Below are positions 30,712 to 40,580 of a stretch of DNA of 62,823 nt, piece by piece (position 1 is the first letter of the stretch; each line of letters opens with the position of its first letter). The stretch covers positions 578-63,400 of the forward strand of contig CAZEEG010000006.1 of NCBI GenBank assembly GCA_964511065.1. The letters are read 5' to 3'. The notes under the pieces were generated by a model, which saw nothing but the letters and a program-made list of their open reading frames with translations, ran no database searches and had not been told where the DNA came from. The stretch is from an uncultured Pirellulales bacterium (GTDB lineage Bacteria; Planctomycetota; Planctomycetia; Pirellulales; S012-138). Position numbers and translations under genes: made by a program.

Positions 30712-32100
30712 TCATCGGCTCATCGTTCGATATACGTCCAACCCGTCGCGACCGCCGACCATGCGGAACAAGTCGCGAATCTGGTTCAGGCCGTCTGCCA
30801 GCAGAAAGTCGCCATTTCGGCCGTAGCTCTTGGCCCCCAGCACGTAGAAATTTGGCTCGGGAAGGATCAAACGCTGCGGATCATCGGCCGAAAATTCCAG
30901 GCCATCCGCTTGCGACTCAGACCGGTTGGTGCCATGCGGAATGGGCCGTTCGCTCGCAAAGCATTCTTGAACCTGAAGTTCGCGATACACGCCAAGGTCA
31001 GGACGATAGCCCGTGTTTGCCAGCACGCGATCGACGACAATCTCAGTTTGCTGCCGGGCTGACGTGGCGGCGCCGCCGGAAGCCGAATCATCTTTGTCTC
31101 CTTCTTCCGGTTCGTCGTCGGCAGCGGTCAGTTCGTCGAAATCGTCGGGCTCATCATCGGCCATCGGATTCGCTTGTGTCAGGATAACGCGAAGCTGGTC
31201 ACCTTCAGACATGAACGCCTCGACGACCCAACCCGGCATGAATCGGACGTACTCGCTGTGCACCACTTCGGATGCAGCGACTGCCAGCCGATCGCGCGCC
31301 GCCAATGGGTCGTCGGCAATTCGCGGTACGGGGCCGCCACCGGTTGGTACGTCGCGCATCACCCACACCACCTGGCCGGCCCCGGCCTTTTCAGCCAACT
31401 GGACCAGGGCCAGTACGTTGGTAGCGGCCGAGTGTCCGCCCCCGATCACCATCACCGTCTTTCCGGAGTAGGCGTTGCTCTGCGTGCCGAGGATATCGGG
31501 TAGCCCATTCTCCAGCAGGAGTTCGCTGCGCTTCTGCTCGGCGGCCAGCTTGCGCAAGCGGCGTTCGCCCAGAGCGGGAAGCCCGCCGTCGCCTGCCCAA
31601 TTCGGGTTGCCATAGGTGCCGGTTGCATCGATCACCACGTCGGCCGTGGCGATCGACTCGCGCTGGTCGCGGTCACGAAGGAGCAGGCGGAACGGCCGCT
31701 TGGCCCTGGCGCGGCTGCCGGGCCGATCCGATTTGCGTACGCTTTCGCGGCCCACGTACAGCACCTCGGTTTGCTCGTGGATGCAATCGGCGAGCAGATC
31801 GGTTTGCGAGAGCGGGACCAGGTACTGCTCCACGAACTGGCCGGCTGTGGGCAGGCTCTGGCCGTCGGGGGCTTGCCAGCGGTCATCCTGAGCCGACAGT
31901 GCGGCCAGCCCAAGCGGGGAAACATTCATCCTCCAGGGGCTGAACAGCCGCACGTGGGCAAACGCGCGCAGGTGCTGCCCGACCTGTCCCCGCTCGTATA
32001 CATGGACATCGTAGCCGAGGTATCGGGCATACAGGGCCGCCTCCAGCCCGACCGGGCCGGCGCCTATCACCGCGATGGTTGCTGGCGTATCAACGTGCAT
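30712..32100 (-). CDS. FAD/NAD(P)-dependent oxidoreductase (class B flavin monooxygenase-like)
   Basis: GAGPVG FAD motif, DATG, GGGHSA NAD(P) motif, NTGYRPD, GAKSYGR. Confidence 0.85.
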   Translation of the reverse strand: MHVDTPATIAVIGAGPVGLEAALYARYLGYDVHVYERGQVGQHLRAFAHVRLFSPWRMNVSPLGLAALSAQDDRWQAPDGQSLPTAGQFVEQYLVPLSQTDLLADCIHEQTEVLYVGRESVRKSDRPGSRARAKRPFRLLLRDRDQRESIATADVVIDATGTYGNPNWAGDGGLPALGERRLRKLAAEQKRSELLLENGLPDILGTQSNAYSGKTVMVIGGGHSAATNVLALVQLAEKAGAGQVVWVMRDVPTGGGPVPRIADDPLAARDRLAVAASEVVHSEYVRFMPGWVVEAFMSEGDQLRVILTQANPMADDEPDDFDELTAADDEPEEGDKDDSASGGAATSARQQTEIVVDRVLANTGYRPDLGVYRELQVQECFASERPIPHGTNRSESQADGLEFSADDPQRLILPEPNFYVLGAKSYGRNGDFLLADGLNQIRDLFRMVGGRDGLDVYRTMSR

Positions 32101-32291
32101 GAGCGTGAGGAATCTTGCGAGTTAGAGAAGGGGGGCGTCATGAATGCCAACGGAGCACACAGCCGCCGCGGACTGCCGGCGCGCAGAGCGTCCTGCGGCT
32201 TGCACTTCGTCGCGGCAAATCCGTAGCTAACGGGGCAACTCCCTTGCCGCCTGGACCGTGGCAGCGAGCACATTTGCCGAAACGTACAACG

Positions 32292-33854
32292 TCACTTGTT
32301 TGGGAAAAACTTGGCCAGGGTTTCCTTAGCCGGTGGCCGGGTCACCAGGGAAACCAGCACCAGGGCCAACATCGAAGCGGCCACAATGGTCACGATGGGC
32401 ATCATGGGTGGAATGCCCAAGAGCGGTTCCTCAGGAAACCGGTAGGGCGGTTTGCCGGGGGCGGGCAGGCCGAAGTTCGAGCGATAGAAAAGCACGGACC
32501 AAACCCCGATGGTGGTCAGTACGCTGGCCGCGGCCCCGGCCTTCGTCAGCCGCCGCCAGTACAACGCCGCTACCACCAGCGGAAACAACCCGGTGAAACC
32601 GCTGAAGCACCAAATGGCGATGGAGAAAATGGCCCGGGGTGGAAACAGGCTCAGAATGTAGGACACAGCCACGATGGCAACAATGAACGAGCGAGCCAGC
32701 AGGACCTTGCTCCGTTCGTTGAAGCGCTCCTTTTTTCCGTAATGGAGCACGATGTCGTGCGTGAACATCGTGCCCATGCACAAAAACTGGCTATCGAGCG
32801 ACGACATGATGGCCGCCAGGATGCCGGCGGCCAGCAGGCCCTCCAGCAGCGGGCTTTGCAGACTGCTGACCGTCATGCCTAAGACCAGGTTGATGTCGGG
32901 CTGACCGGTCCCCGGATTGACCGGCGGTGAAATTCCGGCGCCAAAGGCCCACGTGCCGATGAGTACGCAGGGCAGCCAGACGACCAGGATAAAAATCGGG
33001 TGCGCGATAATGGGCAGCTTAAAAGTCGACGCGCTGCGCGCCGTGAGCCAGTGCTGGAACACGTGCGGGAACATGGCCACGGAGAGCGGGACCAACAGAA
33101 ATGCCGCATATACGCCATCGGGGACAATATCCCGCGTGAGCCTGGCCCGGCCGGCTTCGGTCTCCGTCAACCGCTCGGTTGCCGCTTGCATGCTTTCAAG
33201 CAGCGTGCTTTGCCCGCCGAGCTTGTTCGCCACCATGATAAAGGTGACGACACCCAGCAACATGAAAACGAGCGTTTGCAGGGCATTGGCCCAGGCGGTG
33301 CCGCGCATGCCGCCAAAGAACACGTAGACCAGGACCACCAGGCAGATGATGCCCGAACCGGCCCAAGCGGGCAGTCCTTCGCCGCTGGCCAGCAGACCCT
33401 GGGTCGAGCCTCGTATCACGGCCCCGGCGCCGTAGATGCCCAGCAGAATGTAGGGGATCACCAGGGCGATCAGCACCGGAAACAGCAACAGGCCGATGTT
33501 GTTGCTTTCCAGCCGTTCGCGGAAGAACTGGATCTGGGTGGAATAGCCGTAGCGGCGGCCAAGCGACCACAGTTTTACCCCGACGAGGTAAAAACAGGCC
33601 GGGTGCAGGATGGCCGAGGCCGAAGCCAGCATGCCGTACACGCCGATGCCGGTCTTCCACGATTCGCCCGTAGAACCCACCAGTGCGAAGGCGGTCATCG
33701 TCGTACCAAACAGCGATAGCAACAGCAGGACCGGTCCGATACTGTGGCTGGCCAGCATATAATCCTGTGACGTGCCGCGAAACAGCCGGCTGGAAAACAG
33801 GCCCAGCGCCAGTAGCAGTGCCAGATAAACGGCAATCACCAGCAGTTGTGTCAT
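32292..33854 (-). CDS. Sodium:solute symporter family permease
   Basis: About 13 TM segments; GGMRGTAW, AAIMSSLDSQ SSF signatures. Confidence 0.92.
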   Translation of the reverse strand: MTQLLVIAVYLALLLALGLFSSRLFRGTSQDYMLASHSIGPVLLLLSLFGTTMTAFALVGSTGESWKTGIGVYGMLASASAILHPACFYLVGVKLWSLGRRYGYSTQIQFFRERLESNNIGLLLFPVLIALVIPYILLGIYGAGAVIRGSTQGLLASGEGLPAWAGSGIICLVVLVYVFFGGMRGTAWANALQTLVFMLLGVVTFIMVANKLGGQSTLLESMQAATERLTETEAGRARLTRDIVPDGVYAAFLLVPLSVAMFPHVFQHWLTARSASTFKLPIIAHPIFILVVWLPCVLIGTWAFGAGISPPVNPGTGQPDINLVLGMTVSSLQSPLLEGLLAAGILAAIMSSLDSQFLCMGTMFTHDIVLHYGKKERFNERSKVLLARSFIVAIVAVSYILSLFPPRAIFSIAIWCFSGFTGLFPLVVAALYWRRLTKAGAAASVLTTIGVWSVLFYRSNFGLPAPGKPPYRFPEEPLLGIPPMMPIVTIVAASMLALVLVSLVTRPPAKETLAKFFPNK

Positions 33855-33974
33855 GATGGTATGGCGGGATCAGCGGGCAGGTTGGAGAGGCTTTCAAACG
33901 CGGCGCGTGGGATGGTCGTGTTTGCCTAAGGTCAGACCGGTCACCAGCGGTGACCTGGCCCGGCGACGGTGCGG

Positions 33975-34262
33975 CTAAACGTCGGCATCGGTGGCGGGCG
34001 ATTCGCGGCGCTCGGCCGCGCCAGGCGACATTTCACGCACCACGGCTTCTTCCAGGTCTTGTGGCCAGGCATATCGGGTGGCATACCACCACACCCCGGC
34101 CGCGGCGACGGATATCAGAACCTGATACAGCAGTTCGTAGGGGAGGATGCCGAGAAACAACTGGTCAGCGGTAAAACCCCAGTCCCATTGGTGGGCCACA
34201 AGCAACAGGCTTACCAACAGGACCAGGATCATCGTCCCACAGCAGCGACTGGAACAATTCAT
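33975..34262 (-). CDS. Small two-TM membrane protein, probable symporter accessory subunit (DUF3311-like)
   Basis: LLVAHQWDWGF..LFLGILPYELLYQ..WP; directly upstream of the SSS gene, a common pairing. Confidence 0.7.
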   Translation of the reverse strand: MNCSSRCCGTMILVLLVSLLLVAHQWDWGFTADQLFLGILPYELLYQVLISVAAAGVWWYATRYAWPQDLEEAVVREMSPGAAERRESPATDADV

Positions 34263-34506
34263 GGGTGATTATTCGTTCGGACTGATGGATGAAACGCGGC
34301 CAGTGATGACACGGCGGGTGCAGCAGCCAGCCGCGTCGGCGGAAATCCATTTCTCGGTCATGGTGGACCGTAGTCGAATTTATGAGTCACCGCAAATCGG
34401 CGGGTATCATCCTGTCGTTGTAAATGGCGCTATCATAACTCCGTGCTATGTAGCACGAAGTAAACTGCTCAAGTGATTGACGGTTTCGTTATTTACCATG
34501 TTCGTG

Positions 34507-35199
34507 TTAGCTGGCACCACCGGCCAACCGGCGGCGGCATTCGTCCAGGATATCGGCCGTGCGGCTGGCGCCGACCCGGGTAACGCCCAGTTCACGCACC
34601 TGGAGCAGGGTATCCAGGTCGCGCACGCCGCCGGCGGCTTTTACCTGCACGTGCTCGGGGCAGTGGCGTCGCATCAGCGCCAAATCTTCCATCGTGGCGC
34701 CCCCGGTTCCGTAGCCGGTTGAGGTCTTGACCCAGTCGGCATTCAAGACCGAGCAGATCTCGCATAGGTGGATCTTCTGCTCGTCGTTGAGATAGCAATT
34801 CTCAAAGATGACTTTCACTTTCTGGCCTGCGGCGTGGGCAGGTTCGATCACCGCCGCAATGTCGGCACGTACATAGTCCCAGTTGCCACTGCGCACTTGC
34901 GATATGTTGACCACCATATCCAGCTCTTCGGCCCCGTCGTCCAGGGCCTGCAAGGCTTCCGCTCGTTTGATACTGGTGGAATGCCCGCCGTGGGGGAAGC
35001 CAATTGTGGTGCTGGCCTTGACGCCGCTTCCATGCAACAGCTCGGCACAGCGCCGTACATGGTACGGCATGATGCATACGCTGGCGACGCCATATTGAAC
35101 CGCCAACTGGCAACCGGCATCCAGCTCCGCAACCGTTAAGGTCGGGTTGAGCAGCGAATGGTCGATCATCTGGGCGATGTCGTCGTAGGTGTAAGTCAT
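34507..35199 (-). CDS. deoC: Deoxyribose-phosphate aldolase
   Basis: IDHSLL, IGFPHG, ELDMV, KVIFE, VKTSTG, VKAAGG. Confidence 0.95.
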   Translation of the reverse strand: MTYTYDDIAQMIDHSLLNPTLTVAELDAGCQLAVQYGVASVCIMPYHVRRCAELLHGSGVKASTTIGFPHGGHSTSIKRAEALQALDDGAEELDMVVNISQVRSGNWDYVRADIAAVIEPAHAAGQKVKVIFENCYLNDEQKIHLCEICSVLNADWVKTSTGYGTGGATMEDLALMRRHCPEHVQVKAAGGVRDLDTLLQVRELGVTRVGASRTADILDECRRRLAGGAS

Positions 35200-35272
35200 G
35201 GTTTTTCGCTCGCTGCGAAAATGGGGAGCTGATGTTCGCTGCGGTCAAGCTGCGAGTATGCGCGGCAGGCCT

Positions 35273-35358
35273 CGCGGCTCACAGAGCCCGTGGCACGCGC
35301 CATGGACCACATAGCACGGCTCACAGCGCCGAGGCACAGGTTCACAGCGCCGTGGTAC
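35273..35358. repeat. Three degenerate tandem copies of a ~23 bp REP-like palindrome
   Basis: cgcggctcacagagcccgtggcac / cacggctcacagcgccgaggcac / cacaggttcacagcgccgtggtac; consensus CACGGCT-cacag-AGCCGTG-GCAC. Confidence 0.65.
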
Positions 35359-35378
35359 ACGGTTGACCGTTGACCGTA

Positions 35379-36500
35379 TTAGCCGCGGGCCTCAATCGGT
35401 TGCCACTTGCGCAGGTCCGGGCCGGTGTACCGCGCCCGGGGGCGAATCAGCCGGTTGTTGTCGAGCTGTTCGATCACGTGCGCGCTCCAGCCGGAAACAC
35501 GGCTCAGTACAAACAGCGGCGTATACAGATCGACCGGTAAGCCCAGGTAGTAGTAGAGCCGGGCACTGGGCCAATCCAGGTTGGGCGGCAGCTTTTTCTC
35601 GCTCACCACGATGTCTTCGATGATACCGGCCATCTGCTCCATGGCTTCGTTGCCGGTTTCCTTCGCCAGGTCCTGGCACAGCGGCTTGAGGTATGCGGCA
35701 CGCGGATCGCCGGTCTTGTACACCCGGTGGCCAAATCCCATGATCCGCACCTTGTTCGCCAGGGCATCGCGGACCCATTTTTCGGCATTTTCGGGTGAGC
35801 CGACTTCGGCCAGTACGTCCATGACGCGCTCGTTGGCACCGCCGTGCAGCGGCCCCTTGAGCGCGCCAATCGCTGCCGTGACGGCCGAATGCAGATCGGA
35901 AAGCGTGGAACAGGTCACCCTGGCCGTGAAGGTCGAAGCGTTGTACTCGTGCTCGGCATAAAGGATGAGCGAAAGGTCCATCGCCTTGATGCTGCGCTGC
36001 GACGGCTTCTGTCCCGACAGCAGATACAGGATATTCCCGGCCAGCGACAGTTCGGGGTCGGCTTCCACGGGCGGTTGCCCTTGCCGCAGGCGGTGCCGCG
36101 CAGCCATCACCAGCGGCAGTTGGGCGAGCAGCCGTTCGGCCTTGCGCAGATTGGCTTCACGGCTGTTATCGGCAACGTCGTCGTCCCAGTGGGCCAGCAC
36201 GCTACAACCGGTGCGCATCACGTCCATCATGGGCGTATCGGCTGGCAGGTTCTCCAGCAGCGCAACCAGCGGTTGCGGCAGTTGCATGGCGGCGGCCAAC
36301 CGCTGACGCATGGCCGATAGCTCTTGCTCCGAGGGCGCTTCGCCGCGCAGGACCAGGAAGGCGACTTCTTCAAACGTGGCGTTTTCTGCCAGATCTTCGA
36401 TGGCATACCCGCGATAACGCAGTCCGCCGGCGATCGTGCTAATGGCCGTTTCGCCAGCGATGATTCCTTCCAGTCCCGGTCGATACAGTTCTTCAGTCAT
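35379..36500 (-). CDS. prpC: Citrate/2-methylcitrate synthase (PrpC-like)
   Basis: LYAEHEYNASTF, GPLHGGANE, MGFGHRVYK, PNLDW, IRP. Confidence 0.8.
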   Translation of the reverse strand: MTEELYRPGLEGIIAGETAISTIAGGLRYRGYAIEDLAENATFEEVAFLVLRGEAPSEQELSAMRQRLAAAMQLPQPLVALLENLPADTPMMDVMRTGCSVLAHWDDDVADNSREANLRKAERLLAQLPLVMAARHRLRQGQPPVEADPELSLAGNILYLLSGQKPSQRSIKAMDLSLILYAEHEYNASTFTARVTCSTLSDLHSAVTAAIGALKGPLHGGANERVMDVLAEVGSPENAEKWVRDALANKVRIMGFGHRVYKTGDPRAAYLKPLCQDLAKETGNEAMEQMAGIIEDIVVSEKKLPPNLDWPSARLYYYLGLPVDLYTPLFVLSRVSGWSAHVIEQLDNNRLIRPRARYTGPDLRKWQPIEARG

Positions 36501-36703
36501 CGGAGTTCCTCAACAGTCGATGCATGATTGCGGCGGACGCCCGGCGGTTGCGATGGCGAAGGAGATCGATGGCGCGAACCGCGCGCGGGCGCCCCCCATC
36601 ATGCCGACCGTTTCAAGCGGCGTCTACGGGGGGCGAGAAACTCGCACAGACTACGGCGGCAAAATTCGCCAGCCCGATAAGCCGGGGTGAGCGGGGGGGA
36701 AGG

Positions 36704-38566
36704 TTACTTGGAAAGCAGGTTCCAGACCGGGTCGAACTTCTTAGGTTCGGCCATGGCTTCGACCGCCCGCGATAGCAGCACCAGCGATGGCCCATCATCG
36801 GGGAACGTGTTGATGAGGTCACCGAGCAATCGGACGGTGGTGCGAAATTCGCCAGCCTCGAAGCATTGCAAGGCCTCTTCGTACCGGACCTTGAGAATGT
36901 TCCAGTTGCCTTGGCCGCGCGAAAGTTCATACAAGTCGACCGGCCGGCTGATGTTGAATACCCGCACCTGGCACAACCGCCGCGTGGGGAACTGGCCTTG
37001 GAGGCGGCGGTGAACGTCGCCCGTAATCAGGCAATCGGATTGAAGGTACTTGGTGCAGCCTTGGACGCGGCTGGCGACGTTCACGGTATCGCCCAGCGGC
37101 CCGAACTTGAAACGCCGCTCCGATCCCACGTTGCCCACGTGGGCCTCGCCGCTGTTGATGCCGATGCCCACGGCAAACGGCTCACCCAACTCGGATTGCC
37201 AGAGGCGGTTCAACTCCGGTAAGCGAGAAGTCATGGCCAGGGCCGCCCGCGCGGCACGTTGGGCGTGGTCGGGCTGGTCCGAGGGGGCGCCCCACATGGC
37301 CATGATCTCGTCGCCCACGTAATCGACCACCACGCCGGCTTCCGCCTGGACGCAGTCGGACATCTCCGTCATCACGCCGTGAATCCACTTCACGGCCTTG
37401 GTCGACCCCAACCGCTCGCTGATCCGGCTGAAGCCGCGAATATCGCACACCAGCAGCGAAACCTCGGCGGACTTGCCGTCGAGCAGTTCCGGCCGCGTTT
37501 GCAGTTGGTGCGCCAACTCCGGCGTGAAGAACTGTTCGAGCGTGAAGCGCTGCTGCTCCAACTGCTGCCGCGCCAGGCCGCTGGCCACGGCGAACGCAAA
37601 CAACTCCATCAGCTTGGCTTCTTCTTCGCTGATTTGAGGCGCGCTGGGCAGCCCCAGCGTGTTGCGGCGATCGCCGTACAAGATCGCCAGCACTTCGCCG
37701 GTCCGGCTCAAGATGGGAGCGGCAATCACGGCCTGCAGGTCCAACAGGCTCGGCGACTCCTCCAGCGAGGTCACCGGCGGCAATTGCCAGCAAGCCTTCT
37801 TTTCGTGGACGACGTGATCGAGAATCCGGCGGCTGGGCCGGAGGGAGGCATCGCCGTGCCGGCGGCTCGAGGTTACCGCCACCGGTTTCCACGTATTGCC
37901 CTTGCGAATCAACACCCCGGCCGTGTCCAAGCCTATCAGGTCGACGGCGGCCTGTACCGCGACATCGAAGAAGTTGGAACTGCTGGCCGCGCTCTCCAGC
38001 ACCGAAATCACCGCTCGCAGCCATTCCACGGCGGTAAACCGGTCCACCTCGGGCAAGCTGCGGATGGTGCCGGCGGGCAGCAGCAATTGTCCGGGCGCCA
38101 CGGATTGTTCGCCCAGGGTCTGAACGGTGTCGATGTCGAAATCTTCCGCCCCGACCTGCACGACCATGTCGGCAATGCTCAGGCGGATGGGCAGAAAGCG
38201 GATACAGTCGCAGCCGGTTCCCAACTCGGTGCCGTCGTCCAGTAACCGTAACGTGAGCTTGGTGCTCAGGTTCTGGATTCGGATCCGGTCATCTCCCAGC
38301 GGTTCCAGCAGGGCGTGCCGCCGCGAGATGTTTTCCTTGGTCAGCGGGGCAATCACGATCCGCTGCGGGGCGTCCGCCTGGTGATTGCGAGAGGTGATGA
38401 CCGAAAAAGGCTCAGGTTCGCCGTTATCCTGGCGACCCAGCTCCAGCACGTCGGAAAACTCGGTTTGGTGCAGCAGGCGGTCCTGCTCAAACACTTGCAG
38501 CAGGACGGTGTTGGTCGCTTCCGCGTGCGGGGCGTGGTTCTCTGTACTGGTTTGCTCGACGCTCAA
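36704..38566 (-). CDS. FHA-GAF class III nucleotide cyclase with C-terminal TPR-like helices
   Basis: LGR...ISRRHA (FHA), GAF-like AVIAAPI..LAILYGD, CDIRGFS, GDEIMAMWGAP, GIGINSG, GDTVNVASR. Confidence 0.9.
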   Translation of the reverse strand: MSVEQTSTENHAPHAEATNTVLLQVFEQDRLLHQTEFSDVLELGRQDNGEPEPFSVITSRNHQADAPQRIVIAPLTKENISRRHALLEPLGDDRIRIQNLSTKLTLRLLDDGTELGTGCDCIRFLPIRLSIADMVVQVGAEDFDIDTVQTLGEQSVAPGQLLLPAGTIRSLPEVDRFTAVEWLRAVISVLESAASSSNFFDVAVQAAVDLIGLDTAGVLIRKGNTWKPVAVTSSRRHGDASLRPSRRILDHVVHEKKACWQLPPVTSLEESPSLLDLQAVIAAPILSRTGEVLAILYGDRRNTLGLPSAPQISEEEAKLMELFAFAVASGLARQQLEQQRFTLEQFFTPELAHQLQTRPELLDGKSAEVSLLVCDIRGFSRISERLGSTKAVKWIHGVMTEMSDCVQAEAGVVVDYVGDEIMAMWGAPSDQPDHAQRAARAALAMTSRLPELNRLWQSELGEPFAVGIGINSGEAHVGNVGSERRFKFGPLGDTVNVASRVQGCTKYLQSDCLITGDVHRRLQGQFPTRRLCQVRVFNISRPVDLYELSRGQGNWNILKVRYEEALQCFEAGEFRTTVRLLGDLINTFPDDGPSLVLLSRAVEAMAEPKKFDPVWNLLSK

Positions 38567-38967
38567 TGGAAGATCGCTCCCTGGTCGAATGCGGCTTGCG
38601 GAGTACAGGCAGCTCCTGGCGCGGGCCGTCAGAGGCCCGCCCAGGCGAAGGCCCTAGTATAGCATACCAATTGCAGGGGGTATGCGCTCTCTCGGATTGG
38701 GGGAAGTTCCCGCTTCCATCCGTTTACCGATAGCAGTGTCGATGGTTTTGACGGCGGCGCCTAACCACCCTTGGGGACGTTCTTGGTCCCGGCAGTTCTG
38801 CCTGTACGGCCCCCAGCGGCCGGTCTGCCGCTTCAACTGCTTCGCGGCAATCCGCGCACCGGCGGGCGTATGCTACATTTCGGCAGATCGAACTGGCATG
38901 CCCGTTGCTATGGCCACCCGCCCCCGGCATGCCTCCCAGACCGCAGTGCAGGTTCACAGGTTCTGCC

Positions 38968-39327
38968 ATGACCGACGCTCTAGCAATGCCCGCCTCCTCC
39001 CCGGATGCCGCCGGCGACGGCCACTCTTGGCGCCTGGTTTTTGCACATTGGCCGCCGGGAGTCCCCTACCAAGGCGTGGTGGTCACCAGCTATGCGGAGC
39101 AGATTCCGTTCGAAGCGTTCCAGTTTACCGACGAACTGGTGCTGCTGGACAGGCCAACCCCCGATACGGTGGGGGCCCGCCGCGTGATCCTGCCGTACGG
39201 GCAAATCACCGCGCTGAAAATCACGTCGGTGACCCAGACCAATGCGTTTGAACCTGTGGGCTTCACCGCGCCCGCCAAGCCGGAAAAACCGAAGGCTGAA
39301 CGCCCACGCCGGCCGTTCGTACCTTAG
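38968..39327 (+). CDS. Hypothetical protein
   Basis: 119 aa; WRLVFAHWP..GVVVT..EQIPF..DRPTPDTVGARRVI globular-looking core; start estimated. Confidence 0.7.
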   Translation: MTDALAMPASSPDAAGDGHSWRLVFAHWPPGVPYQGVVVTSYAEQIPFEAFQFTDELVLLDRPTPDTVGARRVILPYGQITALKITSVTQTNAFEPVGFTAPAKPEKPKAERPRRPFVP

Positions 39328-39623
39328 TGCGTTTCGCACGTTGCGACCATGCGCCGTTCAAGCAGCATAATTGCCGCTGCACGCAAAGGGCAGCAGGAAC
39401 TTCGCCGCCCCCCGCCATGGCGCACGCCGTGGCACGATGCGGGGGGGCCGCGCAACATCATGCTGCCGCTTGAGCGGGTGCGGCGACGGCGCTGCTGCCT
39501 GAGCGGTTCGAGCCGGTTGTCCATCGCATCACCCGGCGGCCTGCGTTACACTGCCGCCCTGGCACTGGGAGCGAAGAATGGGTGGCGATTCCACCTTAAG
39601 ACGCAGCGCGGGAGAAGGTCGCA

Positions 39624-40352
39624 ATGGGTAGGCTTGCTGGTAAGGTTGCGCTCGTCACGGGCGCCAATCGTGGAATCGGTCGGGCGATCGCCCGGGGGCT
39701 CGCGCACGAAGGTGCCTCGCTGCTGCTGGCGGCACGCGGGGCAGATCTGCTCAACGACGCTGCCAAGGAAATGGAGTCGCTGGGCGTCGAGGCATTGGCC
39801 GTGCCTGCCGATATCACTAACGAAGCGGCCGTTGACGCCCTGTTTGCCGAACTGATGCAGCGGTTCGGCCGGATCGACTTGCTGGTGAACAACGCCGGAG
39901 CATTCAACGGCGGACCGCTCGATGAGCTTTCGCTTGCCGACTGGGATCATGTGATGGCCGTCAATCTCCGCGGCCCATTCCTGTGCACGCGGGCTGCATT
40001 GCGGTTGATGAAACCGCGCCGCGCTGGGCGGATCATCAATATTGGTTCCATCTCCGCCCAGCGCAGTCGGATGAACTCAGCGGCGTATACCACGTCCAAG
40101 CACGGCATTTGGGGACTGACCCAAAGCACCGCCCTGGAAGGCCGCGCCTTCGGCATCACCTGCTGCTGCCTTCATCCGGGCAATGTGATGGTCGAACGCC
40201 GTGCCACCGATCGAACCGAAGACGCCGAGCCCATGATGGACCCCGGCGACATCGCCGAAGTCGCGGTCCTGATGGCTTGCCTGCCGCCAAACGTGGAAAT
40301 GCTGGAAGCGATTGTGCTGCCCCGCGATCAACTCTATGTGGGGCGCGGATAG
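39624..40352 (+). CDS. Short-chain dehydrogenase/reductase
   Basis: TGANRGIG, NNAG, catalytic S and YTTSK. Confidence 0.93.
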   Translation: MGRLAGKVALVTGANRGIGRAIARGLAHEGASLLLAARGADLLNDAAKEMESLGVEALAVPADITNEAAVDALFAELMQRFGRIDLLVNNAGAFNGGPLDELSLADWDHVMAVNLRGPFLCTRAALRLMKPRRAGRIINIGSISAQRSRMNSAAYTTSKHGIWGLTQSTALEGRAFGITCCCLHPGNVMVERRATDRTEDAEPMMDPGDIAEVAVLMACLPPNVEMLEAIVLPRDQLYVGRG

Positions 40353-40580
40353 CCGCCTGCTGCGGCGCAGTGGCCATGTAAAGGGCTCCTTGCTGAACGC
40401 CCTCCCCGGGGCAACGAGTCGGGCAAAACTTGCACCGTTCGGGGGGATCGCTTAGGGTGACGTATCAGAAGCGATTGATTCACCAGCCACGATGCGCGGC
40501 CTTGCCGGGTATCACGGCAGTCCAGCGCTTCAGACGGTCTCCCCCCGTATTGACCCGCCCCCCTTCGCCCCCCGGGAAGC

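Noticed and set aside
35273-35358. Mini-CRISPR interpretation of the repeats
   Set aside because: Units are degenerate and nearly abutting, without regular spacers or cas genes
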